This document shows, one piece after another, positions 1-13,242 of a stretch of 64,000 bases of DNA. Location: the NCBI GenBank assembly GCA_012295275.1, contig CM022676.1, forward strand, positions 12,524,001 through 12,588,000, read 5' to 3'. Under the pieces are notes generated by a model. That model was not told the DNA's origin, did not search any database, and worked only from the letters and a program-made list of their open reading frames with translations. Positions within the stretch are counted from its first letter, which is position 1, and every line of letters starts with the position of its first letter. A program made the translations under genes and the position numbers. The stretch is from Chrysomallon squamiferum. Taxonomy: Eukaryota > Animalia > Mollusca.

Positions 1-16
1 TGAAATAATTAATTAC

Positions 17-330
17 CTTTAGTCTCTATGGTTACTTCAGATGTAAATGGACTGCGGTTTCTGTGCAATTTCTTGAATTCTCAGCTAAAACTCTGAACAC
101 ATATGTGTGTCCTGAGTTTAATCCTGTGATGTTCATAAAAACAACTTCATCTCTTTCAGCATGATCATTGTACCACTGTTGTATCCAGTCAGACTTTGTA
201 TCTGTGTCTCTGTATTCGACTAAAAATCTCTGAGTGTATGGACCTCCAGCAAAATCTGCTGTCCACTTTAGAAATACAGTGTCAGTTGTAGAACCAAATG
301 CTGAGAATGACCTTGGCACGTAAGGAGGTC
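17..330 (-). CDS. Gene A fibronectin type III exon (frameshifted near 3' end)
   Basis: tag|GA CCT CCT; GPPYVP..LKW..GG..F.VEY..ITGLNSGHTYVFRVLAEN. The typical ending SPFTSEVTIETK-G|gtaatt lies in another frame. Confidence 0.85.
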
Positions 331-982
331 CTAAGTTAAAAAAAAATATAATAAAAAAAAAATTATAAATAGATTTTTAACTTTTTTTCTTATTATTATA
401 TGTAGGACATTATAAAATTGAAAATTTGGTATCATTTTCATTATGTTTACAGATTTTCCATCAAAAAGATTACAGATTATACTTTAATCCATAATAAAGA
501 TTTACTGTTTGTCAGTTTTTACATTCTTCTATTACAACTATTTTAGCATTACGTATTAAATAATAATTCATGTCATTGTTGCATTTGATCCTAACACTTT
601 TTTCCTAAACAAAGATAAATATTTTTCACTGGTTTTAATAAATGTTTCATCATGTTAATATGAAGTACGTCATCAACTTTATTTTTACTGATGTGTTTAC
701 TGTAAGGACATCTGTCCATGGACAGTGATGAGTATGTTTAACACATTTGGTGGCTGGTAATACTGTCACTCATCTGACACAAACAGCACATAACACACTG
801 CATGCTTTCTTTTCTGGGATAAAGTGATTTAAATGTTGCCATGAAGTCTGTCGCCCAAATACCCACAGCTTTAAGTATCTGACATTAGTTTTGATCATTT
901 CCAGAATAAAAATATGTGATCTAATTAGAGTCATAATGAAATATACTTGAATAAAACCATCAGAAATAAAAACAGTACAAAC

Positions 983-1321
983 CTGCTGATGTCAGATTAG
1001 TTGAGAAAATGTCACAAGTGAAATTATTACACACTTCAAGTGTGTACTGTCCAGTGTCTGACTCTTCAAACATGTTGATGTCCAGTGTAAAGTTGAAGCC
1101 GTCATCATGAACAACAACATTTTCAAACAAACTCAGAGTTATTCTTGTTTTAGTCATTTCAGATTTTATTCTGGTGTCATTAATGACGTCACTGTTCTTC
1201 GTCCACTTGTGTGACGTAATTTCACTTTGAGAAAACACGGTTTTGTACAACGTGACTTGTGTGCTTGTTTCTTCTCCAATTGTTTCATCTCTCTTGCTCT
1301 CCAGTGTGATCACTGGTTTTC
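983..1321 (-). CDS. Gene A Ig exon 7 (first Cys absent)
   Basis: cag|GA..GCA G|gtttgt, 339 nt, phase 1-1; KWTKN..DTGQYTLEVCN. Confidence 0.85.
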
Positions 1322-1464
1322 CTGTAAAGATCATCATCGTCATCATTCCAACAATATTTATAAGTGATGTAAATAAAACCTTTTTCTGTTTTTAACTTGT
1401 TATTTCTAATATATGTAAAGAAGGATCTGAAATCATAGTAACCAGTCATGATTAACATTTAGAC

Positions 1465-2120
1465 CAGACCTGGGCATTTTGACTGATCGGCCCGTGTAAG
1501 GTTAACTGGGAATTATAAAATAAACATATTTTCTAATTTCACCTCATGCATGGACTAAAGCAGCATTACTTTTATTTTGAAGGTGCTTCTTTTGTTCACG
1601 TACAAAATGACGCAATATGTAAATCTAGACGTGCGTGTGACTGAATCGTTTTCACAAGCAAGTCGCAATACGACTTTAGCCCTCAAAATGTCCGCTCATG
1701 CTAAAAAAAGAAAGGTAGATGCTGAATGCAGGGTTTACAACAAAAAAGTATCTATTTACTGAAATTGGAGATAAAGCCATGAGTTTAGTTTGCAGAGAGC
1801 AGATCGCTGTGTTTAAGGATTACAATTTGAGTTGGCATTATGAGATGAAATATCATGAGTCACAAATGTCAAAAATGTTCACATTTTCTTTACCATTGTT
1901 TTGAGAAATTTGATTGAATAACTGACATTTTTTCTAAGGCAACCTCACTTTTTTATTGTTTAATAATAACATATACTCTTACCAGCTTGTCAAAACAAAG
2001 CTATTTATGGTTTTTATAAAGAAATACAATTAATATGATGCAGAATTGATTTAAGCCTTTTGGCCCGGCCCTCTACAATATTTTGTGTTTCTCATGTTGC
2101 CCCATGGAAAAAATAATTGC
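1465..2120 (+). mobile_element. Degenerate hAT (SPIN/Charlie, GTF2IRD2-like) transposon fragment
   Basis: Frameshifted peptide KKRKVDAECRV..YLFTE..LVCREQIAVFKDYNL..HYE resembles the N-terminal zinc-finger region of this family; CGGCCC-rich ends. Confidence 0.75.
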
Positions 2121-2190
2121 ACTATTTCTAATACCAAACTTGGCTCACTATCAAGATAATGTAATGTGTTTAACTATGTCGATCCACATA

Positions 2191-2796
2191 CAGGGTGTCC
2201 CAAAAGTAACCGAACCGCAAACAAATAAAATTAGATATTAAAAACAAGAAATTTAATATCTATATTTAGTATTTACAAATGTTCAAAATTAGAATTAACA
2301 AATGCAGCTGCCACTAAATCTTTGTTTTCAGGTGAACGAACTGTTTTTGGACAACCTTGTTTAAGAGCATTTGACACACTTCCAGTTACTTCAAATTTGT
2401 ATACAAGATTGAACATTGTCGATTTACTCGGTACAGCTGTTCTAAAGTTTACTTCCCATCTTTCTTCAACATGCTTCATGCTAGTCATTGCATAGTAATT
2501 CTTAATAACGAAGATACGTTCGTTTAAATCTAAAGTTCTTCGCTGCATTTTTAAGAGTGAGGGTACCATTTCAAGTCAAACCATGGAGAGTCCAGTAGCG
2601 CGCGCTAAAACAGAAGTCTCGATCATGAAGAACTGTACAATCAGGTAACAAAAATCATTCCAAAGACTACTACGGACAGAAGTAAATCAATAGTACAAAA
2701 GATAACATAAAATGACATAAAAAATGGAATTAAATTTGATATTTTTAATATCTAATTTTATTTCAGTTTGCGGTTTGGTTACTTTTGGAAACCCTG
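2191..2796 (-). mobile_element. Internally deleted Tc1/mariner element
   Basis: TA|CAGGGTGTCCCAAAAGTAACC...GGTTACTTTTGGAAACCCTG|TA long inverted repeats with TA target duplication; ORF 2273-2569 is an HTH fragment (ERIFVIKNY..F..PSKSTM..LV.KFE.TGSV). Confidence 0.85.
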
Positions 2797-3043
2797 TATA
2801 TTTAAGTGGATTGTACCTAAATAAATGAACTGGTTCACTTTTTTTCTGGCTATGTCAGAAATGTAATTGATTATCAAAAATCTAAGCAAGAATGTTAAAG
2901 CTTACAATGAAAGTAAATGATTCTTAGTGATGTTATTTTTGTCGTATATACAAAATATATGTTTAGAAATAAAGTGATATAGTGATTTGAATACTATTTT
3001 AACTGTCAACATAATTTACAAAACATACAACAAAATAACTCAC

Positions 3044-3340
3044 CACTGACAACTACTAAAGTTGTGTTGCTTTGAATCAACGTGTTGTTTGTGTCTTTGA
3101 CTGTATTGTCTACCAGACACTGATATGTACCAGAATCTTTGTAACTAGCAGACTGCACTGTCCACACATATTTGTTTTTTTCTTCTTTAGTATCTTCCAC
3201 CTTTCTCATAAACTGACCTTTCCAGCTCTGTTGAAAACCGTGAAATGTGTAAGAGTCTGGTCGACCAAAAGCCTCACATGTGACAGTCAGCATGTGTCCT
3301 TCAATTGTTGTCTGAGATGTCACTTCAACATCAGGAGCAT
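3044..3340 (-). CDS. Gene A Ig exon 6
   Basis: cag|AT GCT CCT..AGT G|gtgag, 297 nt; VTCEAFGRP..DSGTYQC. Confidence 0.9.
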
Positions 3341-3636
3341 CTGTTTAACATTCCATAACATAAAAAAAATCGTCATACAGAAATAACACCAGATACTGTT
3401 ATTATTACTATACACAACAACAACAACAACAACAACAAGATCTCTTATATTTTTCACTGCAATTTCAGTTTGTAATTGGTGTATTTAATTTAATGTACAA
3501 TAATATAGTATGATAAGAAAATAATAAAAATACATAGTTAACTATAAATAAAATAAAAACTGTATATATTATAAAGACATAGGTAACTAATGAAGAAACA
3601 AATACTAATATTAAAAAGAACTAAAAAACAAATTAC

Positions 3637-3906
3637 AGTTTACTATAATTTCAATTTGTGAGGTTCCTGTCAGTGTTCCCAGTGATGAGGTTACTGTCGC
3701 TTTACACGTATATGTCCCGTGCTGCCCTCTGTCAAGTACTGCTATCTCTAAAGGGAGACCACCCTTCCATGGTTTATTTGAATCTGATGTCCAGGCCATT
3801 GTATAATTTGAAGGATTGCTGTCTGCAGTACAGACTATCTTCTCCAACATCTGTCCTTCTCGCTTTGTGATTGGTCCAGATTTATCAACAGTTACTCGTG
3901 GACTGT
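3637..3906 (-). CDS. Gene A Ig exon 5
   Basis: cag|AC AGT CCA..AAC T|gtaatt, 270 nt; CTADSNPS..W..GTYTC. Confidence 0.9.
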
Positions 3907-4261
3907 CTGCAACAAATTTAATCATTATTTATTTATTTTTAGTTTTTAACTTTGGTTTCTAATACAATATATTTATTTTAAGTAATGAAACAAATGTTCT
4001 TAATGATAATTAAATGATTTATTGTTAACGAATTAAGATACTGGTTTCAATCCATTTACATTTTCAGATGTAGTGTATCATTTACTAATTTATTTATGTC
4101 TATACTGTGATTAACAGAAACAGATACTCATTTATTCACTAACTTAGTCAATGATCATGTAATCATTAATATATCAGTAACTATTTTCTTAACGAAAGTG
4201 ACACAAGTTTCAATAAATGATAAAACTGTAAAAAGAATTAAGAATTATGTTTAATACTCAC

Positions 4262-4542
4262 AGAAAACAGTGTTATATCAGGTGAAGATTTCACTTCATT
4301 TTTGTGTAGCGTATAATTATTTTGAGCCTCACATCTGAATGTTTGTTTGTTGTCTTTGTAAGTAAGGTTTTTGAACTGCCAGACAGATTTGATTTGTACA
4401 GACTGTTTGGCTCCATTTTTGTACCAGACGAAGTCAGCTGGAGGATTTCCTTTCTCTGTCACAGAGCACGTCAAATTTCTGTTTTCTCTTTCTAACCAGG
4501 GAAAGCTTGAACTTGCAGTTAAACTTGGGACTGATGGTGGAT
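4262..4542 (-). CDS. Gene A Ig exon 4 (best donor out of phase)
   Basis: tag|AT CCA CCA; LTC..GNPPADFVWYKNG..FRCEAQN. The GTGAGT donor gives 281 nt; a weak donor 4 nt further gives 285 nt. Confidence 0.85.
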
Positions 4543-4794
4543 CTATGAACAGATTTCAATAATGCAATGAAGAAGAGTTTGATTATGTGCAGTAATTAAA
4601 CATAGAAGTAGTTAAAGTATGAATATAAACTATTATTATAATTGACTCAGTAGCTGAGTTAGTAATACAGATAATGAAACAGAAACTTATTAACATTCTA
4701 AAAATAAGAAAAAGAAAAAATGTAAATAATGACAAAACAAACATTTGCAATATAGACTGAAAAACTAAAATATCAACATGTACAGCACACAATT

Positions 4795-5868
4795 AGCAAT
4801 GTAATAATAACACTTACAGAACACAGTGAATAAAGTAATAAAAACACGTACAGTACACAGTGAACAATGTAATAAGAATACTTACAGTACACAGTGAACA
4901 ATGTAATAAGAACACTTACAGTACACAGTGAACAATGTAATAAGAATACTTACAGTACACAGTGAACAATGTAATAAGAACACTTACAGTACACAGTGAA
5001 CAATGTAATAAGAACACTTACAGTACACAGTGAACAGTGTAATAAGAACACTTACAGTACACAGTGAACAGTGTAATAAGAACACTTACAGTACACAGTA
5101 ACAATTTAATAAGAACACTTACAGTACACAGTGAACAGTGTAATAAGAACACTTACAGTACACAGTAACAATTTAATAAGAACACTTACAGTACACAGTG
5201 AACAGTGTAATAAGAACACTTACAGTACACAATTAACAATGTAATAAGAACACTTACAGTACACAGTGAACAGTGAAATAAGAACACTTACAGTCACAGT
5301 AACAATTTAATAAGAACACTTACAGTACAGTGAACAGTGTAATAAGAACACTTACAGTACACAGTGAACAGTGTAATAAGAACACTTACAGTACACAGTG
5401 AACAGTGTAATAAGAACACTTACAGTACACAATTAACAATGTAATAAGAACACTTACAGTACACAATTAACAATTTACTAAGAACACTTACAGTACACAA
5501 TTAACAATGTTCTAAGAACACTTACAGTACACAGTGAACAGTGAAATAAGAACACTTACAGTCACAGTAACAATTTAATAAGAACACTTACAGTACAGTG
5601 AACAATGTAATAAGAACACTTACAGTACACAGTGAACAATTTAGTAAGAACACTTACAGTCACAGTAACAATTTAATAAGAACAATTACAGTACAGTGAA
5701 CAATTTAATAAGAACACATACAGTACACAGTGAACAATTTAATAAGAACACTTACAGTACACAGTAACAATTGAATAAAAACACCTAGAGTTCACATGTA
5801 ACAATGTAATAAGAACACTTACAGTGGACAGTGAACAGTGTAATAAGAACACTTACAGTACACAGTGA
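4795..5868. repeat. About 34-bp minisatellite (~31 copies) built from the exon end plus splice donor
   Basis: Unit ACACTTACAGTACACAGTGAACAATGTAATAAGA; the minus strand reads GTGTACT|GTAAGT. Confidence 0.95.
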
Positions 5869-6153
5869 GAGTTTTGGTATCAGTTTCACTGTATCTTCCT
5901 GTCTTGTGTTGAGCACTGCACTGACAAGTATTCATGTTCATGTCTCTACTAACAGGAAAATTCAAACCTACTACGACACTGTTGGCAAGAGTCTGTGATG
6001 ATGTCATACTGTGACCTCCAAAACAAGACAACGTTGCTGATGGCACCAAAGGTTTTCCCCCAGTGACAACACATGACAGGTTTAGTGTGTCACCTTCATA
6101 CAAAGCATTTCCTGTCAGGTATCCTGATATTACAGGTGGCTTCAATGGAGGAT
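5857..6153 (-). CDS. Gene A Ig exon 3
   Basis: cag|AT CCT CCA..TAC T|gtaagt, 297 nt; LSCVVTGGKP..CQCSAQH. Confidence 0.9.
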
Positions 6154-6180
6154 CTGTAACAGAAAAAAGTATTTGTACAA

Positions 6181-6552
6181 CAGTTACATATCAAGTCTAG
6201 TACAATGTATAAACTGTTTAATATAAAACAACAGTGTAATTAACACTTACATATCAAGTCTAGTACAATGTATAAACTGTTTAATATAAAATAACTGTGT
6301 AATTAAATCTTACATATCAAGTCTAGTACAATGTATAAACTGTTTAATATAAAATAACAGTGTACTTAACACTTACATATCAAGTCTAGTACAATGTCAG
6401 AAACTCTTTAATATATAATAACAGTGTAATTAACATTTACATATCAAGTCTAGTACAATGTCAGAAACTCTTTAATATAAAATAACAGTGTAATTAACAC
6501 TTACATATCAAGTCTAGTACAATGTATAAACTGTTTAATATAAAATAACAGT
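6181..6552. repeat. 63-64-bp minisatellite (~6 copies) containing the exon end plus donor
   Basis: TTACATATCAAGTCTAGTACAATG recurs with donor positions 6187, 6250, 6313, 6376, 6440 and 6504. Confidence 0.95.
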
Positions 6553-6851
6553 ATCAGAAACTCTTTCTACTGACACTGCTGTGTTTTTCACTTGACATCT
6601 GATTGTGTTGTTGTCTTGAAACCAGACTGGAGTTATTGTCAGATTCTGGCTGAATTGTTTTCCACCATCACCTGCATCTTCTTCTCTGACTGGATTCTGT
6701 GAAATAATATCTTGACCACTGGTCAGATTCTTCCAGGATAAGGTGACATTAGGACTGGATGATGAACTTGTACATTTCAGTGTTAAAATATTTTTACCAT
6801 CAGCGTCAAACTGAGCTTTGTTACCAGTGACAGTCACACTCTCTGGACCAA
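6505..6851 (-). CDS. Gene A Ig exon 2 (3' end interrupted by repeat-derived insert, in-frame TAA)
   Basis: cag|TT GGT CCA; LKCTSSSSSPNVTLSW..DNNTIRCQV; TAA at 6535-6537 precedes the donor. Confidence 0.85.
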
Positions 6852-7141
6852 CTGAAATTATAAATTATAAACTGAAAACAGTATAAACATTGTGAAAATA
6901 CTTCACATACAGTGAATGCTATTACTACTATTTAAAGCTATAAAAAGAAACATCTTTCTCATAACTGATACAGATGCAAACTGGTTAACAGTGATTAATT
7001 TTCTTAAAACTTATTTACTGAGACAGACACGTTCTCGTTTTTAACTGAGTATCAAATTTGTTCGTTTATCTTAAAACCATCATCAATGTCATTAATATTC
7101 TTATATATTTAATTTATACAAGCTATCGTATTTATACTTTT

Positions 7142-7206
<65 letters not shown>

Positions 7207-8110
7207 ATGTGTGTCAGATAGAACATTTCTTAAATTACACATTGTGAGCTTTACAATTAGAAAATTCAGTTGAATATTTCTGAATTTCTCCAGAAAAATA
7301 AACAGTGACGACTCGTTGTGATAGAGAATATAGATATTAATATATAATTTTACAACAGTAATATAACTTTTATTTAACATGTATCAGGACTGACTATTAT
7401 TTGAATATTAACATTATTGACTGCATGTTAATATTATACTGTTGTGAGTTGTATTAATGTAAAGATAGTATTTTCTTGCTGATAATTAAATAAAAATAAA
7501 AAATAAAATACTGAAAATTACAATAATTGATACAATCTTCAATTAATTATAAATGTTAAATTGCAACAGAAACAAAAAAAAAAATTCTTAATTAAGTATA
7601 ATACAACTAAAATATTTAATTTAAATTACAGTTTCAGTTAGACATTAAAATATATAACTTTTCTTCTAGCTTTTTTGTATTATATTTCATTATTTGTTTT
7701 GTTTTGTTCTCAACAATTAGGCTTTAAAATTTGATTAATAGTATTATAAAGGAAACCTTTCTTTTAAAAACTTCCATCTTATATGTTTTATTTCCTCTGT
7801 TCAAATGTCACATGAAAGCGAGAAGATATGAATATTTTTAATAGACCATTCAAACATAGGATGTGTTTTTTGTATAAAACCTGGTATATTTAAAGAATTA
7901 TGTGTCTTGACTGATGTTGAGTTAATGAGATTTTAAACAGAAACAAGTCTTCTTATTTTATTTATACCAAGAGATAAAACTTACTTAAAGTGATAAACAT
8001 TCAAATAGTTTTATCATCTGATCTCTGTAAATGCTAATAATTGAACTATTTTGATATCACAAAGCAAAATAAAAGATAGAATGTTTACTAATTTTATCAG
8101 AAATACTTAC

Positions 8111-8437
8111 AGTAAACATTTAGAGTGAAGTTGTTACTATAACTGGTGCTATGTTGACATTGCCAAGTTGTGTCATCTGCAAGGTTCAGACTTTGAATTG
8201 TCAAGTTGTAAACTCCAGTTTGTCCGCTGCTACTGATACATCCACAGTTGTAACCAGTGACAGGAAATTCCTCTGCACACTTTGTATTAACAGCACAAAC
8301 TGTTTGGAAACTATCTTTTATCCATCTTTGGAAATTAACAGAAAAAGAAATATTATCAGCAGGTGTCACGGAACAAAACAACGTGTGTCTCTGTCCTACA
8401 ACACCATAAGATGATCCATTCATCTGTATAGAAAAAC
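8111..8437 (-). CDS. Gene A N-terminal V-like Ig exon with extra cysteines
   Basis: cag|GT TTT..TAC T|gtaagt, 327 nt; TLFC..VCAVNTKC..CGC..DDTTWQC. Confidence 0.9.
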
Positions 8438-9378
8438 CTGAAAAATAAAACATAAAGGTTAATGTAGCCAATGAGTGCACAAAATGTGAAAAAGTATGTG
8501 ATTTTATATCTTTTAACTTGACTTAGAAGCAGCCTGTAATTTTATGAATTGTTTGGAAAAAAAGATAAGATTTACTCTGGAATACCGTGAATTCCTAAGT
8601 CTCATTTGATAACGGAATATTTTAAAGCTGGCATACACACCATTCCATGCAGAAAATGACACAAGGCGAATTTTAATGATATGTGGCAAGACGGGAATGA
8701 AAGAAAAATAATGAGGAATTTCTTGACAAATAGGCATCAAACATAAATTAAGATAAATTACAATGAATTTTCACTGACAACATTTCTCGCATCATTCAAA
8801 AACTGATTCAATTTCCTTTTGAAGGATAACATTCATTTGAACAGCAGATCTCTCCAGTTTAACCAATGCTACCACTGACCGATTGACAGTTTTGTGCTCA
8901 AAATGACGAGGCAGAAACAATACATATTTTCAGCAAATACAACCTCGTGTCTTGTTAGAATTTGGCACCTGTTTGGAAAGTCATTGATTATCCAAAAATT
9001 CATTTTATTTTTATCTAATCATTTCATATATACTCTGCTCTGAAAAAGATTCACATCATCGAAGTGTAACAGAACTTAGCAAACTCAACTTTAGGGTGGT
9101 TTCAGGCAATCTGCGAATTTCGTGGAAGTTGAATTCAATTGATACTTGAAAATCAGCCTATAACTCTAACTTCTCTTGCTTCACTTTCAGTGTTAATTAC
9201 TGAAACATAATATTTTGTTTTACTTCAAAGTATTCATTATAAAAGAAAGTCAAGAAATAAATTTGGATGTATTATTATGGGGTAGACAGGGATGTTCTTT
9301 CCATAGGAATCAGGTGGCCAGTCACAGCATTATACTAGAATACAAACATACGAAATAACATGAAGGCACGCGCATGCA

Positions 9379-9417
<39 letters not shown>

Positions 9418-10782
9418 GTTGAGGTTCAAAGTTTGAATACAAATAAACAAATAAAAGTAATTACCAACAGTGATCTGCACTACATGTCAAGCAACCTATT
9501 TAATTTAGGTTAACACTGAGTAAGATTAAATTTGGGTGAAAATTAAATTTGCAAAGGTTTGATTCTTTAAGCATACATATACAAAACACCTGTTAAAACA
9601 CCTGTCACCTAACAACATGGAGCATATTCCAGATTATCATATGTGTTTGAAAACTCTACAGTAAAGTCTAACATCACTGAAGTTGTAAAGCAGTTCCTGA
9701 GATATGCTATTTTATATATTCTCGAAGAATTTGAGGCTTTACAGATGTCTAAAAATGTGTTACCAAAGATTTTTCTGTTTAGTTCTAACTCAAATCAGTC
9801 ACCATTTATTTGGGCATCTGATTCCTCCAGGGCTGTGAAACCCATACTTCCAGCAACAAAATGTTAAAGTGTCTGGAATGTGAGTTTGAAGGTGACAGAA
9901 AAGAATACAACTAACAAATCAAAAGTGCATACCCTATGTATCTGATTCACCATTAAATAATCACATATTTTTGGGTGTGAAATTGTTACAAAGTTCAACA
10001 TATGCAGGTTTCTTGTTTAATACTACAGTTGCATGCTACTTTATAAATTATAACTATCATATAACTGCCAAGTACAACCTTGGCTCAGTATGACACTGAA
10101 ATAGATGAAAGAAAATTTGAAGCAAATCCATATCATAGTTTTAACTTACGGCCAATTATCAGTTTTACACATGGTGTTTATATCCATACGTCATTTTAGC
10201 CTTTTCCTGTTTGGAGGATTGTATCATCAAGAAGAATACAGTGATCATTGTCAAAAGGAATTATAGGTCTCACACTGATGGTATTTTCTGGCTTTTACAT
10301 CCCAGACAACACTGATCATCAGAAATGGAATGAGATATGTCACAATGGTGTTTTTTCACATTTCTCATTTTAAGTATTTGTTTTTCTGATTTTCACATTT
10401 TGGCAATTTTTTTGCATTTTGCATATTCAGCCTTGAAAGTATTTGAGGTACTTCACAGATTTCAGTTTATAGTCACTGTATTCTAGTTAATATCATGGCT
10501 CATATCATGTTTGCTGATGCTGTTGCATTTTTGTCAGTATTCAAAACGTCATATCTCAAGGATGCTACCAATATAATGTTCTGACATTCTGGATATAATT
10601 AAACTGCAATATTTAGTATATAAATTCAAATGATGCTGTGATTGCTGATGGTGGTCTAGGTGGTGATGTTTGTCTTAAGTGATAAATATGTAAACTTTGA
10701 ACATCAACATGTATATCAGTAATTTAAAAAATTAAATAAAATGACATCACAAGAAGGACTAATATTAAAGTGATCAAATAAA

Positions 10783-11248
10783 CAGGTACTGAACCATTTA
10801 TCCAGCAAGTTCGGGACTAAAAATGGCCTTAATTCCTGGATTTGCCAGATTTCTGGAAACAGGCTAAATCTTTATTTAAAATATAAAACAAAGAATGAAA
10901 AATAAAGAATGAAACTGTGTTCCACAGATACAATTTAATAGCTGTAAAAAACTGCCCGTTTGATCTTTGATAGTTCACTAAAGGATACTTGTTTAGATTA
11001 CACTTTTCACCAGCAAGATCCATTCCTGCTAGACTTTTAGAGATGATAATAAATGAAAATGATAGTAAAGTGAATGAAATAATAACTTATTGTGAGAGGA
11101 TCAACAGTACATAGCAACATTCTCACTGAACTGGTGTCATAAGACACTAAAACAAAACATACACAATTGAAAAATACCCAGTTTCAAAAATAACTGTTTT
11201 TCTGGATTTTCCAGATTTCTTGAACTTGGATAAATGGTTTGGTACTTG
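10783..11248. mobile_element. MITE-like element with terminal inverted repeats
   Basis: CAGGTACTGAACCATTTATCCA ... TGGATAAATGGTTTGGTACTTG; a related end (TACAGGTACCGGATTATCCGG) occurs near 12692. Confidence 0.55.
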
Positions 11249-12983
11249 TTATTTTTCTACCTTTTCAGTCAGAAAATAAATAATTAAAACACAGATATGT
11301 GTGTAAATGTTCAAAATGTGCATACATTATCAGCATATACTTTCTTCATCGAGGTTATGGTTTTTAAACTATCAGTGAATCCAGAGATATTTTAGAACAT
11401 AGCATTTGCACCAAATGAGCATTTTCATATCCAAACATTTTAAAAATCCAGGGGAAATCCACATAAATATCTTGGGATGAAAATTAAAACATCCTTCCTG
11501 GTTAAGACTTACTGCCATTTAAACAAACAGCAGTGTGTATCAATCAATGTTGGATACCAAAGACAATTAAAATATACAATACAATTTTCTACAAACATAT
11601 GAAATATTTCAGTGATTCTCATATTAATTCTGTGGGCAATAGTATACAGTAGTCATGTCTAGTGATAAAGTCTCACACATATCTTTCTAACTGCTTAATT
11701 TTCCTAAATTTTCACAATGTTGTTGTTATAAAATAATAGTAAACTAGGCTAAGCTTTACAATGTATTTAAGGTTATTAGAAAAGAAAAAAAAATGAGAAA
11801 TAAAAAGAAATAAAAAGTTATAAAACTATAAATAGCAATAAAATACTTTGCTTTACCCCAAGAAATATAATTTGACAGAAATAAATGCTGGACATCACTA
11901 AAGATATATATATATTAAACAAAAGCAAGTGATTTGGTACATTGCCATTGGTTAAAAGTAAGCTAAGTTTTAGAACAAAAGATGATAATATCACCCATAT
12001 CATCCCATTGTGTGAACCCTATACACGTATAATATGTGTTATCAGATATTTTAGAATGGTAGTTGTTCCTGTAAATAAGACAACTGAATGAATTATTGTA
12101 ACATTAATAAAATGTTGTTCTTTAACAATGCATGGCTCTTTATCCAATTTTAAATTAAGATTGTGATAAGCATATTGCTCTTAATGATTGGTATTGAATA
12201 GATAAATTAATACAAGCAATGCAGATCAATATGCACTCAAAATGTTTAATGGAGAACACCCTGTAATAAGTGGTATCAAATTTGGCTTACGATCATATTT
12301 ATTTCTTTTATACAATTTAGGGCAGTTTATTAAAATTCTTAAGTAAAAACATACAGCAAATTCTATAATGGACAGTGATAACAAAATTTAAGAAATTAAA
12401 AAAAGCTTGAAATGGTTTATGCAGTAAAAGAACCAAATCGAAGACATGAAATAAAATGATGTTGTTCATTTGATTTTCTGGAAAGAGGTTTGTTTCTTTT
12501 TCAGGGTTTTTGTGTTGTTGTTGTTGTTGTGAGGAGGGTTGTTGTTGTTGTTTGATTTTTGTTTCTTACATATCTGTAAAGGATAATCATTATAATGCAT
12601 ATTACCTCTGATTTCAGAACATTAACACTTATACTGAAATATGTTTACACTGCCAATTATAATGTCTCATATTAAGCTGATGTTTTTCATATACAGGTAC
12701 CGGATTATCCGGACTCCTAGGAGCCCGAGGTATTCCGGATTTCATATTTTCTGGTTTTCTGATACCAAGGTATCTAAATAATTAGCCATAAACATTTTAA
12801 AATTAAAAAACATAAAGAAAATTGACAATACACAACTGTGGCGACTCGACATGTGAACAGCGAGTAATTGAATGCCACACGGCTTGATAGAGTAGTTTTG
12901 GTTTGGTGAGGACAACACCCGCACAAGTGAACTATGAAAATAGAATCAGAAAAAAACATCCGGTTTCTGGTCTTTCCGGAATT

Positions 12984-13242
12984 CCTACAACTCCATAAGA
13001 TGATCCATGAAAAACCTGAAAAATAAAACGTAACGGCTGATATACGTTGCGGCAGACAAATTCATTTCAGCCAATCATTGCACAAATATGTGCAAAATCA
13101 GGAAATTCCTCTGCACACTGTATAAAACGTATCCTTTATCGATCTTTGGAAATTGAGAGAAAACGAAATATTACCAGCAGGTGTCACCGAACAAAACAGC
13201 GTGTATCTCTCTCCTACAACTCTATTGATGTGAAGAGATAAA
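12984..13242 (-). pseudogene. Two deleted duplicate fragments of gene A's first Ig exon
   Basis: VVGERYTLFCSVTPAGNISFSLNFQRSIKDTF matches the 8111-8437 exon. 12984-13035 repeats the acceptor end of the same exon. Confidence 0.85.

Noticed and set aside
4795-5868. Regular ~34-bp repeats resembling a CRISPR array
   Set aside because: Head-to-tail units with no unique spacers, no cas genes, and a eukaryotic intron context.
8500-10680. Coding-like degenerate stretch in gene A intron 1, possibly an old DNA transposon
   Set aside because: No recognisable motif or termini could be established by eye.
11818-12003. ORF starting with a signal-peptide-like MIWVILSSFVLKLSLLLTNG
   Set aside because: No convincing phase-1 GT donor and no cassette motif; it could only work with a weak GC donor.
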